Assembly (NCBI RefSeq): GCF_963921235.1
Contig: NC_086100.1
Span: 168,518,001 to 168,582,000 of the forward strand
DNA length: 64,000 bases
Direction of reading: 5' to 3'
Origin: Mobula hypostoma
Lineage: Eukaryota
The notes beneath the pieces are model-generated. The model did no database searches and was not told where the DNA came from. It saw nothing but the letters and a program-made list of their open reading frames with translations. The position numbers and the translations under genes are program-made. This document shows, piece by piece, positions 12,710 to 24,679 of this stretch (within the stretch, counting starts at the first letter, position 1; each line of letters begins with the position of its first letter).

Positions 12710-13230
12710 TTTATTATTGTCACACGGACTGAGATCGAGTGAAAAACTTCAGTTTGTGCACGATTTGAACGGAGACACAAAGTAAAGATTTTTACTCCTC
12801 ATGTACTTGAAGGATGTAGACAATAAAGTCAATTCAATTTGATCCAAAAAGATCACATGACTACATCGAAGTAGCAAAAGGGAATACAGAATGCAGAATT
12901 TCGCATTACTGTCACAGAGTAAGTGCAGTGCAGCTACAGAGACTAATAAGGTGCAAGACCACAACGAGATAGATTGGGTAGCGGGATGGAACATGTCCTT
13001 GAGCCTGTGGTACGTATATTCATGCTTCTGTGTCTTCTGCCTAACTTGGGAGGAGAAGAGAGAATGATTGGGGAGGGACGGATCTTTGATTATGTCGGCT
13101 CTATTTCTGAAGCTGTGGGAAGTATAGAAGGAATCAGTGGAGGGGAGGCTGTACTTTTATGATGGACTGGGCTAGATCCACAACTCTCTGCAATTTCGTG
13201 CAGTCTTGGGCAGAGCAGTTGTGTTATGTA
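12710..13230 (-). mobile_element. Rex1/Babar LINE 3' fragment
   Basis: Similar in sequence and orientation to 21055-21650 (TTTATTATTGTCAC...GTGAAAAACT; GAGCCTGTGGTACG; CAGAGCAGTTG). Confidence 0.6.
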
Positions 13231-13261
13231 AAACAACTTCAGTGAGTGTATAAGAGGAAGA

Positions 13262-16200
13262 ATCAGAATCAAATGTATTTATCATATGGACATCGAAATA
13301 TACAGTGAAATGTGTCATTTGTGTTAATGTGTTTGGGGCTGCCTGCAAGTCTTGTCACAAGTTCCAGCGCCAACATAGCATCCCCACAATGCTCGGGAGA
13401 ACAACACAGAACACAACAAGACAACATCAATGCAAATCCCTTTCCCCTCTCCCACACTCCATGTCCTCCAACTCCAGTACAGGCCTCCAGGCCTCCAGTT
13501 TACAGGCTTTGGGCAACAACTTCCAGACCTCTGATCGAGCACCAGGCCTCGATCCTCGGCACCAGCTCCCAGACTAGCCAATGGCGGGACCCTGAACTCC
13601 AGGATCAAACACCAAGTGATGATCTGACTGACCAGCACTCATGCCTCCTCATTCCTTCTACTCATACAGACAACCACTGGCCTGGAACAGCCCACGGATG
13701 TCCTCTGTCCCAGTGTCCAGATCTCTGGCCCCTCAAGCTCAGAGTGGATTCTGGACTCTGGATCTTCTTTGTTCCATGTCCACATTGTTGAAGTTTACAG
13801 TGCAGAGCAGAGGCCTAGACTGCAGATGTCTGTTGTCACCGACCCACTTTCCTGGCCTTCAAAGATGGAGCATGGAGCAGAGTGGAGGCCTGGCCTCGTA
13901 CTCCCCACATTCCTGTCCACAGACACCAGCCTGACCTCGTACTCCCCACATCCCTGTCCACAGACACAAACCTGACCTCCTACTCCCCACATTCCTGTCC
14001 ACAGACACCAACCTGACCTCCTACTCCCCACATTCCTGTCTACAGACACCAGCCTGACCTCCTACTCCCCACATTCCTGTCCACAGACACCAACCTGACC
14101 TCCTACTCCCCACATCCCTGTCCACAGACACCCACCTGACCTCCTACTCCCCACATTCCTGTCCACAGACACCCACCTGACCTCCTACTCCCCACATTCC
14201 TGTCCACAGACACCAGCCTGACCTCGTACTCCCCACATTCCTGTCCACAGACACCAACCTGACCTCCTACTCCCCACATTCCTGTCTACAGACACCAGCC
14301 TGACCTCGTACTCCCCACATTCCTGTCCACAGACACCAACCTGACCTCCTACTCCCAACATCCCTGTCCACAGACACCGACCTGACCTCCTACTCCCCAC
14401 ATTCCTGTCCACAGACACCCACCTGACCTCCTACTCCCCACATTCCTGTCCACAGACACCCACCTGACCTCCTACTCCCCACATTCCTGTCCACAGACAC
14501 CCACCTGACCTCCTACTCCCCACATTCCTGTCCACAGACACCAGCCTGACCTCGTACTCCCCACATTCCTGTCCACAGACACCAACCTGACCTCCTACTC
14601 CCCACATTCCTGTCTACAGACACCAGCCTGACCTCGTACTCCCCACATTCCTGTCCACAGACACCAACCTGACCTCCTACTCCCCACATCCCTGTCCACA
14701 GACACCGACCTGACCTCCTACTCCCCACATTCCTGTCCACAGACACCCACCTGACCTCCTACTCCCCACATTCCTGTCCACAGACACCAACCTGACCTCG
14801 TACTCCCCACATTCCTGTCCACAGACACCAACCTGATCTCCTACTCCCCACATTCCTGTCCACAGACACCAACCTGACCTCCTACTCCCCACATCCCTGT
14901 CCACAGACACCAACTTGACCTCGTACTCCCCACATCCCTGTCCACAGACACCCACCTGACCTCCTACTCCCCACATTCCTGTCCACAGACACCAACCTGA
15001 CCTCGTACTCCCCACATTCCTGTCCACAGACACCAACCTGATCTCCTACTCCCCACATTCCTTCCACAGACACCAACCTCACCTCCTACTCCCCACATCC
15101 CTGTCCACAGACACCAACTTGACCTCGTACTCCCCACATTCCTGTCCACAGACACCAGCCTGACCTCTTACTCCCCACATTCCTGTCCACAGACACCAAC
15201 CTGACCTCCTACTCCCCACATTCCTGTCCACAGACACCAACCTGACCTCCTACTCCCCACATTCCTGTCCACAGACACCAACCTGACCTCCTACTCCCCA
15301 CATTCCTGTCCACAGACACCAACCTGACCTCGTACTCCCCACATTCCTGTCCACAGACACCAGCCTGACCTCCTACTCCCCACATTCCTGTCCACAGACA
15401 CCAACCTGACCTCCTACTCCCCACATTCCTGTCCACAGACACCAACCTGACCTCCTACTCCCCACATTCCTGTCCACAGACACCAACCTGACCTCCTACT
15501 CCCCACATTCCTGTCCACAGACACCAACCTGACCTCCTACTCCCCACATTCCTGTCCACAGACATCAACCTGACCTCCTACTCCCCACATCCCTGTCCAC
15601 AGACACCAACCTGACCTCCTACTCCCCACATCCCTGTCCACAGACATCAACCTGACCTCGTACTCCCCACATCCCTGTCTACAGACACCAACCTGACCTC
15701 CTACTCCCCACATTCCTGTCCACAGACACCAACCTGACCTCGTACTCCCCACATTCCTGTCCACAGACACCAACATGACCTCCTACTCCCCACATTCCTG
15801 TCCACAGACACCAACTTGACCTCGTACTCCCCACATTCCTGTCCACAGACACCAACCTGACCTCCTACTCCCCACATTCCTGTCCACAGACACCAACTTG
15901 ACCTCCTACTCCCCACATTCCTGTCCACAGACACCAACCTGACCTCCTACTCCCCACATTCCTGTCCATAGACACCAACTTGACCTCCTACTCCCCACAT
16001 CCCTGTCCACAGACACCAACCTGACCTCCTACTCCCCACATTCCTGTCCACAGACACCAACCTGACCTCCTACTCCCCACATCCCTGTCCACAGATACCA
16101 ACCTGACCTCGTACTCCCCACATTCCTGTCCACAAACACCAACCTGACCTCGTACTCCCCACATCCCTGTCCACAGACACCAACCTTACCTTGTACTCCC

Positions 16201-17425
16201 CACATCCCTGTCCACAGACAACAACCTGACCTCCTACTCCCCACATTCCTGTCCACAGACACCAACTTGACCTCGTACTCCCCACATCCCTGTCCACAAA
16301 CACCAACCTGACCTCCTACTCCCCACATCCCTGTCCACAGACACCAACCTGACCTCGTACTCCCCACATTCCTGTCCACAGACACCAACTTGACCTCCTA
16401 CTCCCCACATCCCTGTCCACAAACACCAACCTGACCTCCTACTCCCCACATTCCTGTCCACAGACACCAACCTGACCTCCTACTCCCCACATTCCTGTCC
16501 ACAGACACCAACCTGACCTCGTACTCCCCACATTCCTGTCCACAAACACCAACCTGACCTCCTACTCCCCACATCCCTGTCCACAGACACCAACCTGACC
16601 TCCTACTCCCCACATTCCTGTCCACAGACACCAACCTGACCTCCTACTCCCCACATCCCTGTCCACAAACACCAACCTGACCTCCTACTCCCCACATCCC
16701 GTCCACAAACACCAACCTGACCTCCTACTCCCCACATCCCTGTCCACAGACACCAACCTGACCTCGTACTCCCCACATTCCTGTCCACAGACACCAACCT
16801 GACCTCGTACTCCCCACATCCCTGTCCACAAACACCAACCTGACCTCCTACTCCCCACATTCCTGTCCACAGACACCAACCTGACCTCGTACTCCCCACA
16901 TTCCTGTCCACAGACACCAACCTGACCTCCTACTCCCCACATTCCTGTCCACAGACACCAACCTGACCTCGTACTCCCCACATCCCTGTCCACAGACACC
17001 AACCTGACCTCCTACTCCCCACATTCCTGTCCACAGACACCAACCTGACCTCGTACTCCCCACATTCCTGTCCACAGACACCAACCTGACCTCCTACTCC
17101 CCACATCCCTGTCCACAGACACCAACCTGACCTCCTACTCCCCACATCCCTGTCCACAGACACCAACCTGACCTCGTACTCCCCACATTCCTGTCCACAG
17201 ACACCAACCTGACCTCCTACTCCCCACATTCCTGTCCACAAATACCCACCTGCCATCTTACTCCCCACATTCCTGTCCACAGACACCAACCTGACCTCCT
17301 ACTCCCCACATTCCTGTCCCTAAATGTTAAATTGAACCTTACCTCTCCTCTCTGTCCCCAAAACTTAAACAACAGCCAAGTTTGAGCCACAATCTCGATG
17401 GAGACCGCAGCTTGGCAGCATCTTA
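13262..17425 (-). mobile_element. Non-autonomous retroelement copy B, hosting the 41-bp minisatellite
   Basis: The 3' tail ends in a GATTCT repeat at ~13262-13270 and matches 12150-12350. 17347-17363 is the exact 17-bp reverse complement of 11641-11657. An AAGATG-type 5' end lies at ~17424. Confidence 0.65.
13889..17319. repeat. 41-bp minisatellite, ~83 copies
   Basis: Consensus ACCTGACCTCCTACTCCCCACATTCCTGTCCACAGACACCA. Confidence 0.99.
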
Positions 17426-17508
17426 AAATGGAGTGACATGTAGGGACAGTTGAAGGGGTTTCCTACCTCATGCAGCTGGGGTACGTATTGTGGAAAGTGT
17501 GTGCTTAC

Positions 17509-17613
17509 ACCCGCAGCCTACATCATGCAGCTCAGCAAGAGGGACCTTCACTCCACAGTTGCACTCGATGGGATTGAATGAGCAGAATTTTCTCAGAGTG
17601 AATATGTATCCTG
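17509..17613 (-). CDS. Weak candidate internal exon (105 nt, phase 1-1): GYIFTLRKFCSFNPIECNCGVKVPLAELHDVGCG
   Basis: Strong acceptor CATCCTCTTTTTTTCAG|CAG and donor GGT|GTAAGC. Only one frame is open, the sequence is unique, and there is no homology support. Confidence 0.25.
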
Positions 17614-17684
17614 CTGAAAAAAAGAGGATGGTGAACAAGATTTCTGTTTTTACCAGGTTCTGCTAGACAGCATTCTTGTACTGT

Positions 17685-18000
17685 GAAGGAGAAGAATAAA
17701 CTGTTGGAGGAACTTGAATTGCTTGAATCTCCAGCATCTGCAGAATTCCTCTTGTTGGAGGAACTCAGCAGGTCAGACAGTATCTATGGAAAACAGTCGG
17801 CATTTCGGACCTAGACCCTTCAAGACTGGACTTTCTGATCCTTTTTTCCAGTCCTGATGAAGGGTCTTGGCTTGAAGTGTCCACTGTACTCTTTTCCATA
17901 GATGCTGCCTGATCCGCCGAGTTCCTCCAGCATTTTGTGTGTGTTGCCCTTTCCATTAGCGTGTGTTTTGCTCTGGATTCCAGCATCCGCAGTCTTGTGT
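17685..18000. mobile_element. Penelope-like repeat cluster, including a palindromic copy (17755-17945)
   Basis: Inverted arms TGGAGGAACTCAGCAGGTCAGACAGTATCTATGGAAAA / TTTTCCATAGATGCTGCCTGATCCGCCGAGTTCCTCCA, with CAGTCCTGATGAAGGGTC at ~17849. Confidence 0.75.
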
Positions 18001-18769
18001 GTCTTTTAGTGCTGTGAAATTGGAAAGGGAATTTTCAGCCAGGGGCAAAATTGCCGACACCACAAGAATGTTGTGAGGGATTGTTATCTGTTATAATCTA
18101 CTTGTCTCTGAAATGTGGCATCTATTGTGCTTGAAAATACATTTTGCTTTAATTCTGAGTCTAGTCTGTTGATACAGATAATTGTTATATAATCATTGCT
18201 CGATGCACCACAACAGGCTTGCAAACATTCTTTGTTTCTGACTTGTCTGATTATGTGTCAGTGCTAGTGAAATGCCTTTTCTGAAATTATGTATAGAGTC
18301 ATCGAGCTGTACAGTTCAGAAACAGGCCGTCTGGTCTATCGTGTCCATGATCACCTTTTTATCCATCTAACTAGCCCCATTTGCCCATGTCCTTAGTCAT
18401 GATGCAATACACGAGACCATTCAGCCCATCTGTCTGCTCCCTCCAGTTACCCTGGTCACTCTTCACTGTCCCACTGTTACAGTATTTCCTCAGATTCATC
18501 CAGTGGAAATCTACCGTTAGACCATCTCCCCTGGCATTTCCACCACTGCGCTCCTGGTCTGATGATATTCTCTGTTAGGGGCCATGCAGTTAGAATTATG
18601 AAGGGGGTTGCCTGTGATTATAGTGTGGAGACTGTGCCTTAAGTTATCCCACCCTCACTCCCCTATCTTGAACTATTAAAGGTTCCTATTCATCGTCACC
18701 GGGCTCTGTGGGACTGCTCTCCTGCTGGCCCGCTTCCCCACAGTAAGGTTATTACAAGACTTCTGAGAA

Positions 18770-18990
18770 TAACCCCAGGAATGAAAGGGTTACTGTATGA
18801 GGAACGTTTGATGGTGCTGGGCCTGCACTCGATGGAATTTAGAAGAATAAGGCGGGGGGATCTCATTGAAACCTATTGAATATTGAAAAGCTTAAATAGA
18901 GTGGACATGGAGAGGATGTTTCCTAGAGTGGGGGAGTTTAGCACCAGGGGCACAGCCTCAGAATAGAAGGACGCCCCTTTAGAACAGAGA
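18770..18990 (+). mobile_element. CR1 LINE 3' fragment
   Basis: 'YEERLMVLGLHSMEFRRIR.GDLIET' is nearly colinear with 38090-38300. Confidence 0.85.
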
Positions 18991-18991
18991 C

Positions 18992-19185
18992 TAAATTTCA
19001 AAGTTCAAAGTAAAATTGATTATCAGAGTACATGTCACCACATACAACCCTGAGATTATTTTTCCTGCGGGCATACTCAGCAAATCCGTAGAACAGAAAC
19101 TGTAAACAAGATCAATGAACAACAGATTATGCAAATGCAAATATAATGTAAATAAGTAGCAATAAATAACAAGACCATGGGGAGA
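18992..19185 (-). mobile_element. Rex1-type LINE 3' tail (TTTGAAC-repeat tail)
   Basis: TTCAAAGTTCAAAGTAAA...CATACAACCCTGAGATT; the same tail occurs at ~22505, 31920-31985 (+) and ~49660. Confidence 0.7.
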
Positions 19186-19849
19186 CATGGGGGTGTGTGG
19201 TGGTCAAAGCGAGCACAGAAGGCATTGAGCTGATTTGGAAGCAAAGCTCTGACGTTCCCCTATGTCGGGGTTGCTAGCTGCTGAATGAATTTGCGCACAT
19301 AGTGCTCAGGAAATCCAGCATTTGTGTTTTGCTGACAACTGCTGGCTGGATATTGAGAAACCTCCCTGCATGTTCATGTTTTGTGACTCCCTCCTCCCCC
19401 AGTGGTGCAGTTAACTGCAATGCAAGCACTTACCCCTCGCTAACAAGCCATGTTTGAAACCCACTCTCAGAAACTAGAGGAACGATTGTGCAATCACCGA
19501 CAGCCATTTACCTTCAGAAATATCGCCCCCACGGACTGGAGCAGTTCTATAGTTAAAGTGCGGCTCTTACTAAAGGTGACCAATAATGAGACACCCACCC
19601 ACCACTTAGCATCATATGCACATGTTGTGCTTACTTGTGCTTATATGCTGATTACAGGATGCTGGAGTGCCTTAATAAGATGCAAAAGGGGACAACGTCA
19701 TTCAATGTGTCTACGATTTTAAACGGGTTACCATAGTACTTTGGGGAAGGTTGACAGCTTTAGATCCAGGTCACTTAATAACTGTAAAGCAAAAGGTCCC
19801 TTGATTAAAAGTTCTAGAGCCACATCGAGATCTGAGTGACTGAGACCCA

Positions 19850-19950
19850 TTATATCTGTACTGGAGTCAGAAGTGCAGTCTTTCTGGATGAAATATTAAA
19901 GCAAGTTCTTAACTGCCTGAGCAGGAAAGAGGGAAGGTTCCCCTGTCTTA
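19850..19950 (+). mobile_element. DeuSINE-like remnant
   Basis: GTCAGAAGTGCAGTCTTTCTGGATGAAATATTAAAGC resembles the DeuSINE motif GTCGGAGGTGCCGTCTTTCGGATGAGACGTTAAAC (recalled consensus). Confidence 0.45.
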
Positions 19951-20039
19951 TCTGAAGAACAGATAGTCACATTAGTGACCACTACACTTTCCCCAGGACC
20001 ACCCTCAGAGGCACTCTCCACTGGCTCTGCTGGTTGCAG

Positions 20040-20510
20040 ATTGCTTTCCTTGAAGCAAAGAAGACTGAGGGGTGAACTTACAGAGGTCTCTAAAATCCTG
20101 AGGGGTGATCTTACGGCGGTCTCTAAAATCCTGAGGGGTGATCTTACGGAGGTCTCTAAAATCCTGAGGTGTGATATTACGGAGGTCTCTAAAATCCTGA
20201 GGGGTGATCTTATGGGGGTCTCTAAAATCCTGAGGGGTGTAGACAGAGTAGACAGTCTGGTTTTCCAGGTTACGGAAGTCTACATGTAGAGGACACACGT
20301 TTAAGGTGAGAGGTTTTTCACACAGGGGGTGGTGGGTATATGGAATGAGCTGCCTGAGGAAGGGGTAAAAATGGACACAATTACAACATTTAAAAGACAT
20401 TTGGACATATATATGGATATAAGAGGTTTAGAGGGACATGGGCCAAATGCAGGCAAATGGGACTGGATCAGGAAGTCAACATGTTTGGCCTGTACAATTC
20501 TATGACTTTG
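20040..20510 (+). mobile_element. CR1 LINE 3' fragment with an internal 33-bp tandem amplification
   Basis: LLSLKQRRLRGELTEVSKI..RGVDRVD, followed by a CR1 3' UTR. Confidence 0.85.
20065..20239. repeat. 33-bp minisatellite, 5.3 copies, derived from CR1 ORF2
   Basis: CTGAGGGGTGATCTTACGGAGGTCTCTAAAATC starts at 20065, 20098, 20131, 20164 and 20197, with a partial copy at 20230. Confidence 0.95.
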
Positions 20511-20659
20511 GTCACACTAATTTATATGTAACTTCATGGTAATCTACTTGCTGGAAAGTTATTACATGTTACAATCGAGTTTCATTCCTTTGCTTCTTAG
20601 AATTTGGTTGGCCGAAGAGCCTTTTTTTATGATGTATCTTTCCAAAACAGCTCAGGAGC

Positions 20660-20860
20660 TTACACACAAGTGCTGGTGAAACTCAGTGGGTCAGGCAGTA
20701 TCTATAGATTCTGATAAATCATCTGTCTAGATGAAATGCCTTGACCAGAAATGTTGACTGTCCATTGCCCTCCACAGATGCTGTGTGACCCGTTGAGTTC
20801 CTCTGGTGCTTTGTGTGTTGCCCAAGATTCCAACATCTGCAGTTTCTCCTGTGTCTCCAG
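20660..20860. mobile_element. Penelope-like palindromic repeat (degenerate)
   Basis: Inverted arms TGCTGGTGAAACTCAGTGGGTCAGGCAG ... TGACCCGTTGAGTTCCTCTGGTGC. Confidence 0.65.
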
Positions 20861-21054
20861 CTCAGTAATGTATCTTTGGCCTCACCTTTCCAAGGCCTTT
20901 CCTTACACACCTTTGGTGAGTATTGTTGGCCATGGGTGAGAGGCTGGAACAATAATCAAAAGCACATGGGCTCCTATTGCTCCGCACCTGGAGAACGGTG
21001 TGTTGTGGTTAGATATTGGGCATCAGGGATACACCTCAACACCTCTCCAGGGTA

Positions 21055-22500
21055 AATTTATTTATTACTGTCATATGTACTGAGGTGTAGTGAAAAACTT
21101 GTCCTGTATGGTATTTCTACAGATCAATTCACTACAACAGTCCATTGAGGTAGTACAAGGTAAAACAGTAACAGTATGCAGAATAAAGTGTTACAATCTG
21201 GGAGAGTGCAGTGCAGTAGACAATAAGGTGCAAGGTAATAACAAGGTAGATTTCGAATCCAATTTATCGTACTAGGAAACCATTCAATAATCTTATAATG
21301 ATGGGGTGGAAGCTATCCTTGAGTCTGGTGGTATCTTCTTTCAGGCTTTGGTATTTTCTGCACAATGGGAGAGGGGAGAGAGGTAATGTCTGAAGTAGTT
21401 GGGGATCTTTGATTATGCTGCCTACTTCACTGAGGCAATGAGAAGCACGGACAAGAATCCATGGAAGGGAGGCTGGTTTCCATAATGTGCTTGGCTGTGT
21501 CCATAACCCCCATGCAGTTATGTGCAGAGCAGTTGCTATGCCAAGACGTGATACATCCGGATAGGATGCTTTCTGTGGTGCACCAACAAAAATTGATGAG
21601 GGTCAGAAGGGAAATGTCAAATCTCTTTAGCCTCCTGAGGAAGTAGAGGTGGTGGTGAGATTCGCTGACTGTGGCATCAATATGGTTGGACCAGGGCCTG
21701 GCTGTTGGTGATCGTCATTCCTAGGAAAATGAAGCACTCAACCCTCTTGACCTCAGCATCCTTGGTGTAACCAGACACATGTACACTGCTGTCCTTTCTG
21801 AAGTCAACGATCAGCTCTTCCGTTTTGATGACATTGAGGGAGAGGTTGTTTTCATGACACCATATTACTGGACTCTATCTCCTTCCTGTACTCCAACTCA
21901 TCGTTATTTGAGATATGGCCCAATATAGTGGTGTCCTCTGAAAGCTTGTAGATAGGATTAGAGCAGAATCTGCCACACAGCCACGCGGCATAGGAGCACA
22001 ATGCTTAACAGTACAGGCGATCCAGGTTCATTTCCCGCCACTGCCTCTAAGGAGTGGGTTTCCCCCCACAGTCCAAACACCTACCAGCGGGTAGGTTAAT
22101 TGGTCATTGTAAATTGTCCCGTGATTAGGCTTGTGTTAAATTGGGGGTTGATGGGCAGCATGGCTCAAAGGGCCAGAAGGGTCTACCCTGTTCTGTATCT
22201 CAGTGGTGCCCAACAAGGACGCAACCTTGTTCAGCACCAGTGTTAAGGATGACCATGGCAAAGGTATTACTGCCTGTCCTTAGTGACTGTTGTCCAATTG
22301 CAGAGGGAGCCATTGATTCCAAAGTCATGGAGTTTGATGATGAGTTTGCTTGGAATTATTATGGTATTGATGGCTGAGCTGTAGCCAGCCTGGTGTATTC
22401 CAGATGCTCTAGAGATGAGTGTAGGGCCAGTGAGATGCCATCAGCTGTACACCCATTTCAGTTGTAGGTGAATTACACTGGTTCAACATTGTCCCAGAGG
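21055..22500 (-). mobile_element. Rex1/Babar LINE (RT to 3' end), interrupted by a V-SINE
   Basis: Reverse-complement motifs 'HHLYFLRRLKRF' (~21620-21655), 'WCHENNLSLNVIKTEELIVDFRK' and 'IIPSKLIIKL'. Confidence 0.8.
21985..22202 (+). mobile_element. V-SINE-like element (internally deleted)
   Basis: B box GGTTCATTTCC; GGTAGGTTAATTGGTCATTGTAAATTGTCC; CR1-like tail GGGCCAGAAGGG. Confidence 0.75.
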
Positions 22501-22719
22501 TTCGAAGTTCAAAAAGTTCAAAGTACATTTATTACCAAAGTATGTGCACAGTATACAACCTTGAGATTCGTCTCTTGAGAACAGGGGAGGGGAGGGGAGG
22601 GGAAGAGAAGGGCTAAGAGGGCAGAATGGGGAATGGAAAAAGAATGAAATCAAACTGCCAGCTGGTCTGGGACTTGATTTTGGACCGGTATTGTCTTTTG
22701 GCATCCCTGATAGCTTAAT

Positions 22720-23035
22720 GGAGGTTACCTTGATTTCTTGTAAAGGTAATGATCATCTGAATTGAATGCCACAGTCCTAAACTTCAGTAAGGAGTGGATC
22801 TCCCAGTTTATCCATGGGTTCCATTTTGGGAATGCCTGGATGTCCTCTTCAATGCACAGTATTAACACACTTGCTGATAAAGTCCACAATGGGGATGACA
22901 TACTCATCTAGGCTGTTCAGCATGGCCGACACTTCACCATAACATATTCCAGGTTGGGTGATCGGGAGCTCGCCAGGAATGTCAGGTCTGAGCTCCACAA
23001 GGTGTTGATTAGGACACAAACCCTCTGCTTCTAAC
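22720..23035 (-). mobile_element. Rex1/Babar LINE endonuclease/tether fragment (internally deleted)
   Basis: Minus-strand motifs 'GLCVLINTLWSSD', 'SPNLEYVMVKCRP' and 'FPKWNPWINWEIHSLLK..YKKSR', homologous to 29995-30110. Confidence 0.7.
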
Positions 23036-24014
23036 TTTGTCAGAGTACATCTGGTGAATTGAGAAGCAGGTAAGGCACATTCTGGTCTCCTTCCACGCTG
23101 TATGACTCTGTGACTTTATGACTATATGTATTGCTTTGCCTGTTTTTCCTCTGTCTGACAGTTGTCAGAGTATCTTTTGATGACATTTTGTTCAGATCAC
23201 ACACATTCCAACAGGCGGTGTGGTTAACTTCTCAGCACCATCACCCTCAGGTCACACGTTCTATAGGACACTGGGCCACTGAAGTCAAATGGCACTTTCT
23301 CTCCCAACCCCTTCGCCCTCTTGCTTCAGAGAGCTAACAAAAAGATCAAGGAGCAAAATGTAAACTGCAGGAAGAGCCCAGCTAGTCTTTCTCCTTCTAC
23401 AGACACTGCCTGACCTGCTGAGTTCCCCCAGCAGTTTGCTTTTTGGTCTAGATTCCAGCATCAACTCTTGTGCTTTCATGAAAGAGATGACACTGCCTGA
23501 TGCCGTCTGATTGCTCAACCACATCCCAAATCTGCATTTGGTGCAGGAAGAGTGAGGCAATGGGTTTGCTGGTGCAGGTAATTACTGTAATGATGTTTAA
23601 TGCTTGCATCAATCATCAGCTGAAGGTAGCAGGGAGACCACAAGACTGATGTGTTGCTCAGCTCACGAGCAATGTGCTGTGCAGGGCATTAATCATCTGG
23701 ACGTGATCACTGTGCACAGAACAAACACACGTGCCTTGTGGTTTCACTGCCAAATGCCAAGCGCTAAGTACAAATTCTCTCTCCAACCTGGAGTAAAGGG
23801 GCAGGGCTGGCCTTGTTAGTTTTAACAACAGTACTAAAAGCATTGGCCATGAATATAAGAATGAAAAGGCATCATACAGTTTATTCTTGTAAATAATATT
23901 TATTTGGAATAAAGTTTATTTTTTATTTAAAAAAAAGTGTGGCAGGAGTGGGGCCATTTTCCCAAAGTCATGGAGTCTCCACATCACAACTTCGAGGTGA
24001 GATGCACTGTCCCA

Positions 24015-24320
24015 GAAAAGGAGAGAGATGAGGGACGAGGAGGTCTGAGGGAAGGAGTAGAGTGAGAGAGGTGGAGAATATGGGAGGGTGAGGGCAAAGG
24101 GAGGGAGAGCACTGGGGAGGGAGGAGGGAGAATACTGGGGGGAGGTGGGGAATGAGGGATGGAGAGGACTGAGGGAGGTGGGGAATGAAGCAGGGCAAGG
24201 ATTTGGAGTGAGAAGAGAGGTGTGGAATGAACGAGGTGGAGAGTTGGTGAGGGAGAGGACTGAGAGAGAGGGAGAATGAGGGAACCGAGATCTGAGGAGG
24301 GAGAGGACTGAGGGACAGTG
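24015..24320. repeat. Purine-rich (GA/GGA) low-complexity tract with short direct repeats
   Basis: Repeated GGGAGGTGGGGAATGA and GAGGGAGAGGACTGAG. Confidence 0.8.
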
Positions 24321-24679
24321 AATGTTTGAGCGATGGGCTCCTTTAGCTATCTGAATGCTTTAGCCTGAGCCTCAGGGTAGGAAGTCTACACTCAGGGTCA
24401 GTCAACCAGCCTAATGGAGCAGAAGGAATAATCCACATATTTCCACACCCAAGACCACAGCCTCCCCTCCCTTTCCCAGTCTGGATCTCACAGTTCTGCG
24501 GTCTTCCAATTCCTCACACACCTCACCCCATTCCTCTCCATCCTACAGCACCCCGCCCTGATATCATACTTTCAGACCAGGGGAACTAGTCCTTGACATA
24601 ATCCTGACCTCCATTATTGACTGTGTGGAACTTGTGCAGGTCCTCAGTTGCTCCATTTCCCTCCCACATCCCAAAGACT

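Noticed and set aside
13889..17319. Many 60-120 aa minus-strand ORFs; possible G-quadruplex or Chi-like array
   Set aside because: The 41-bp unit is not a multiple of 3 and most units carry a stop. There is usually only one run of 3 or more G per unit and no exact Chi motif.
19366..19385. p53-like CATG pair (TGCATGTTCATGTTT)
   Set aside because: The spacing does not fit two RRRCWWGYYY half-sites.
22729..23050. Minus-strand exon with a good acceptor and an AAG|GTAACC donor
   Set aside because: The sequence is a frameshifted Rex1-type LINE fragment.
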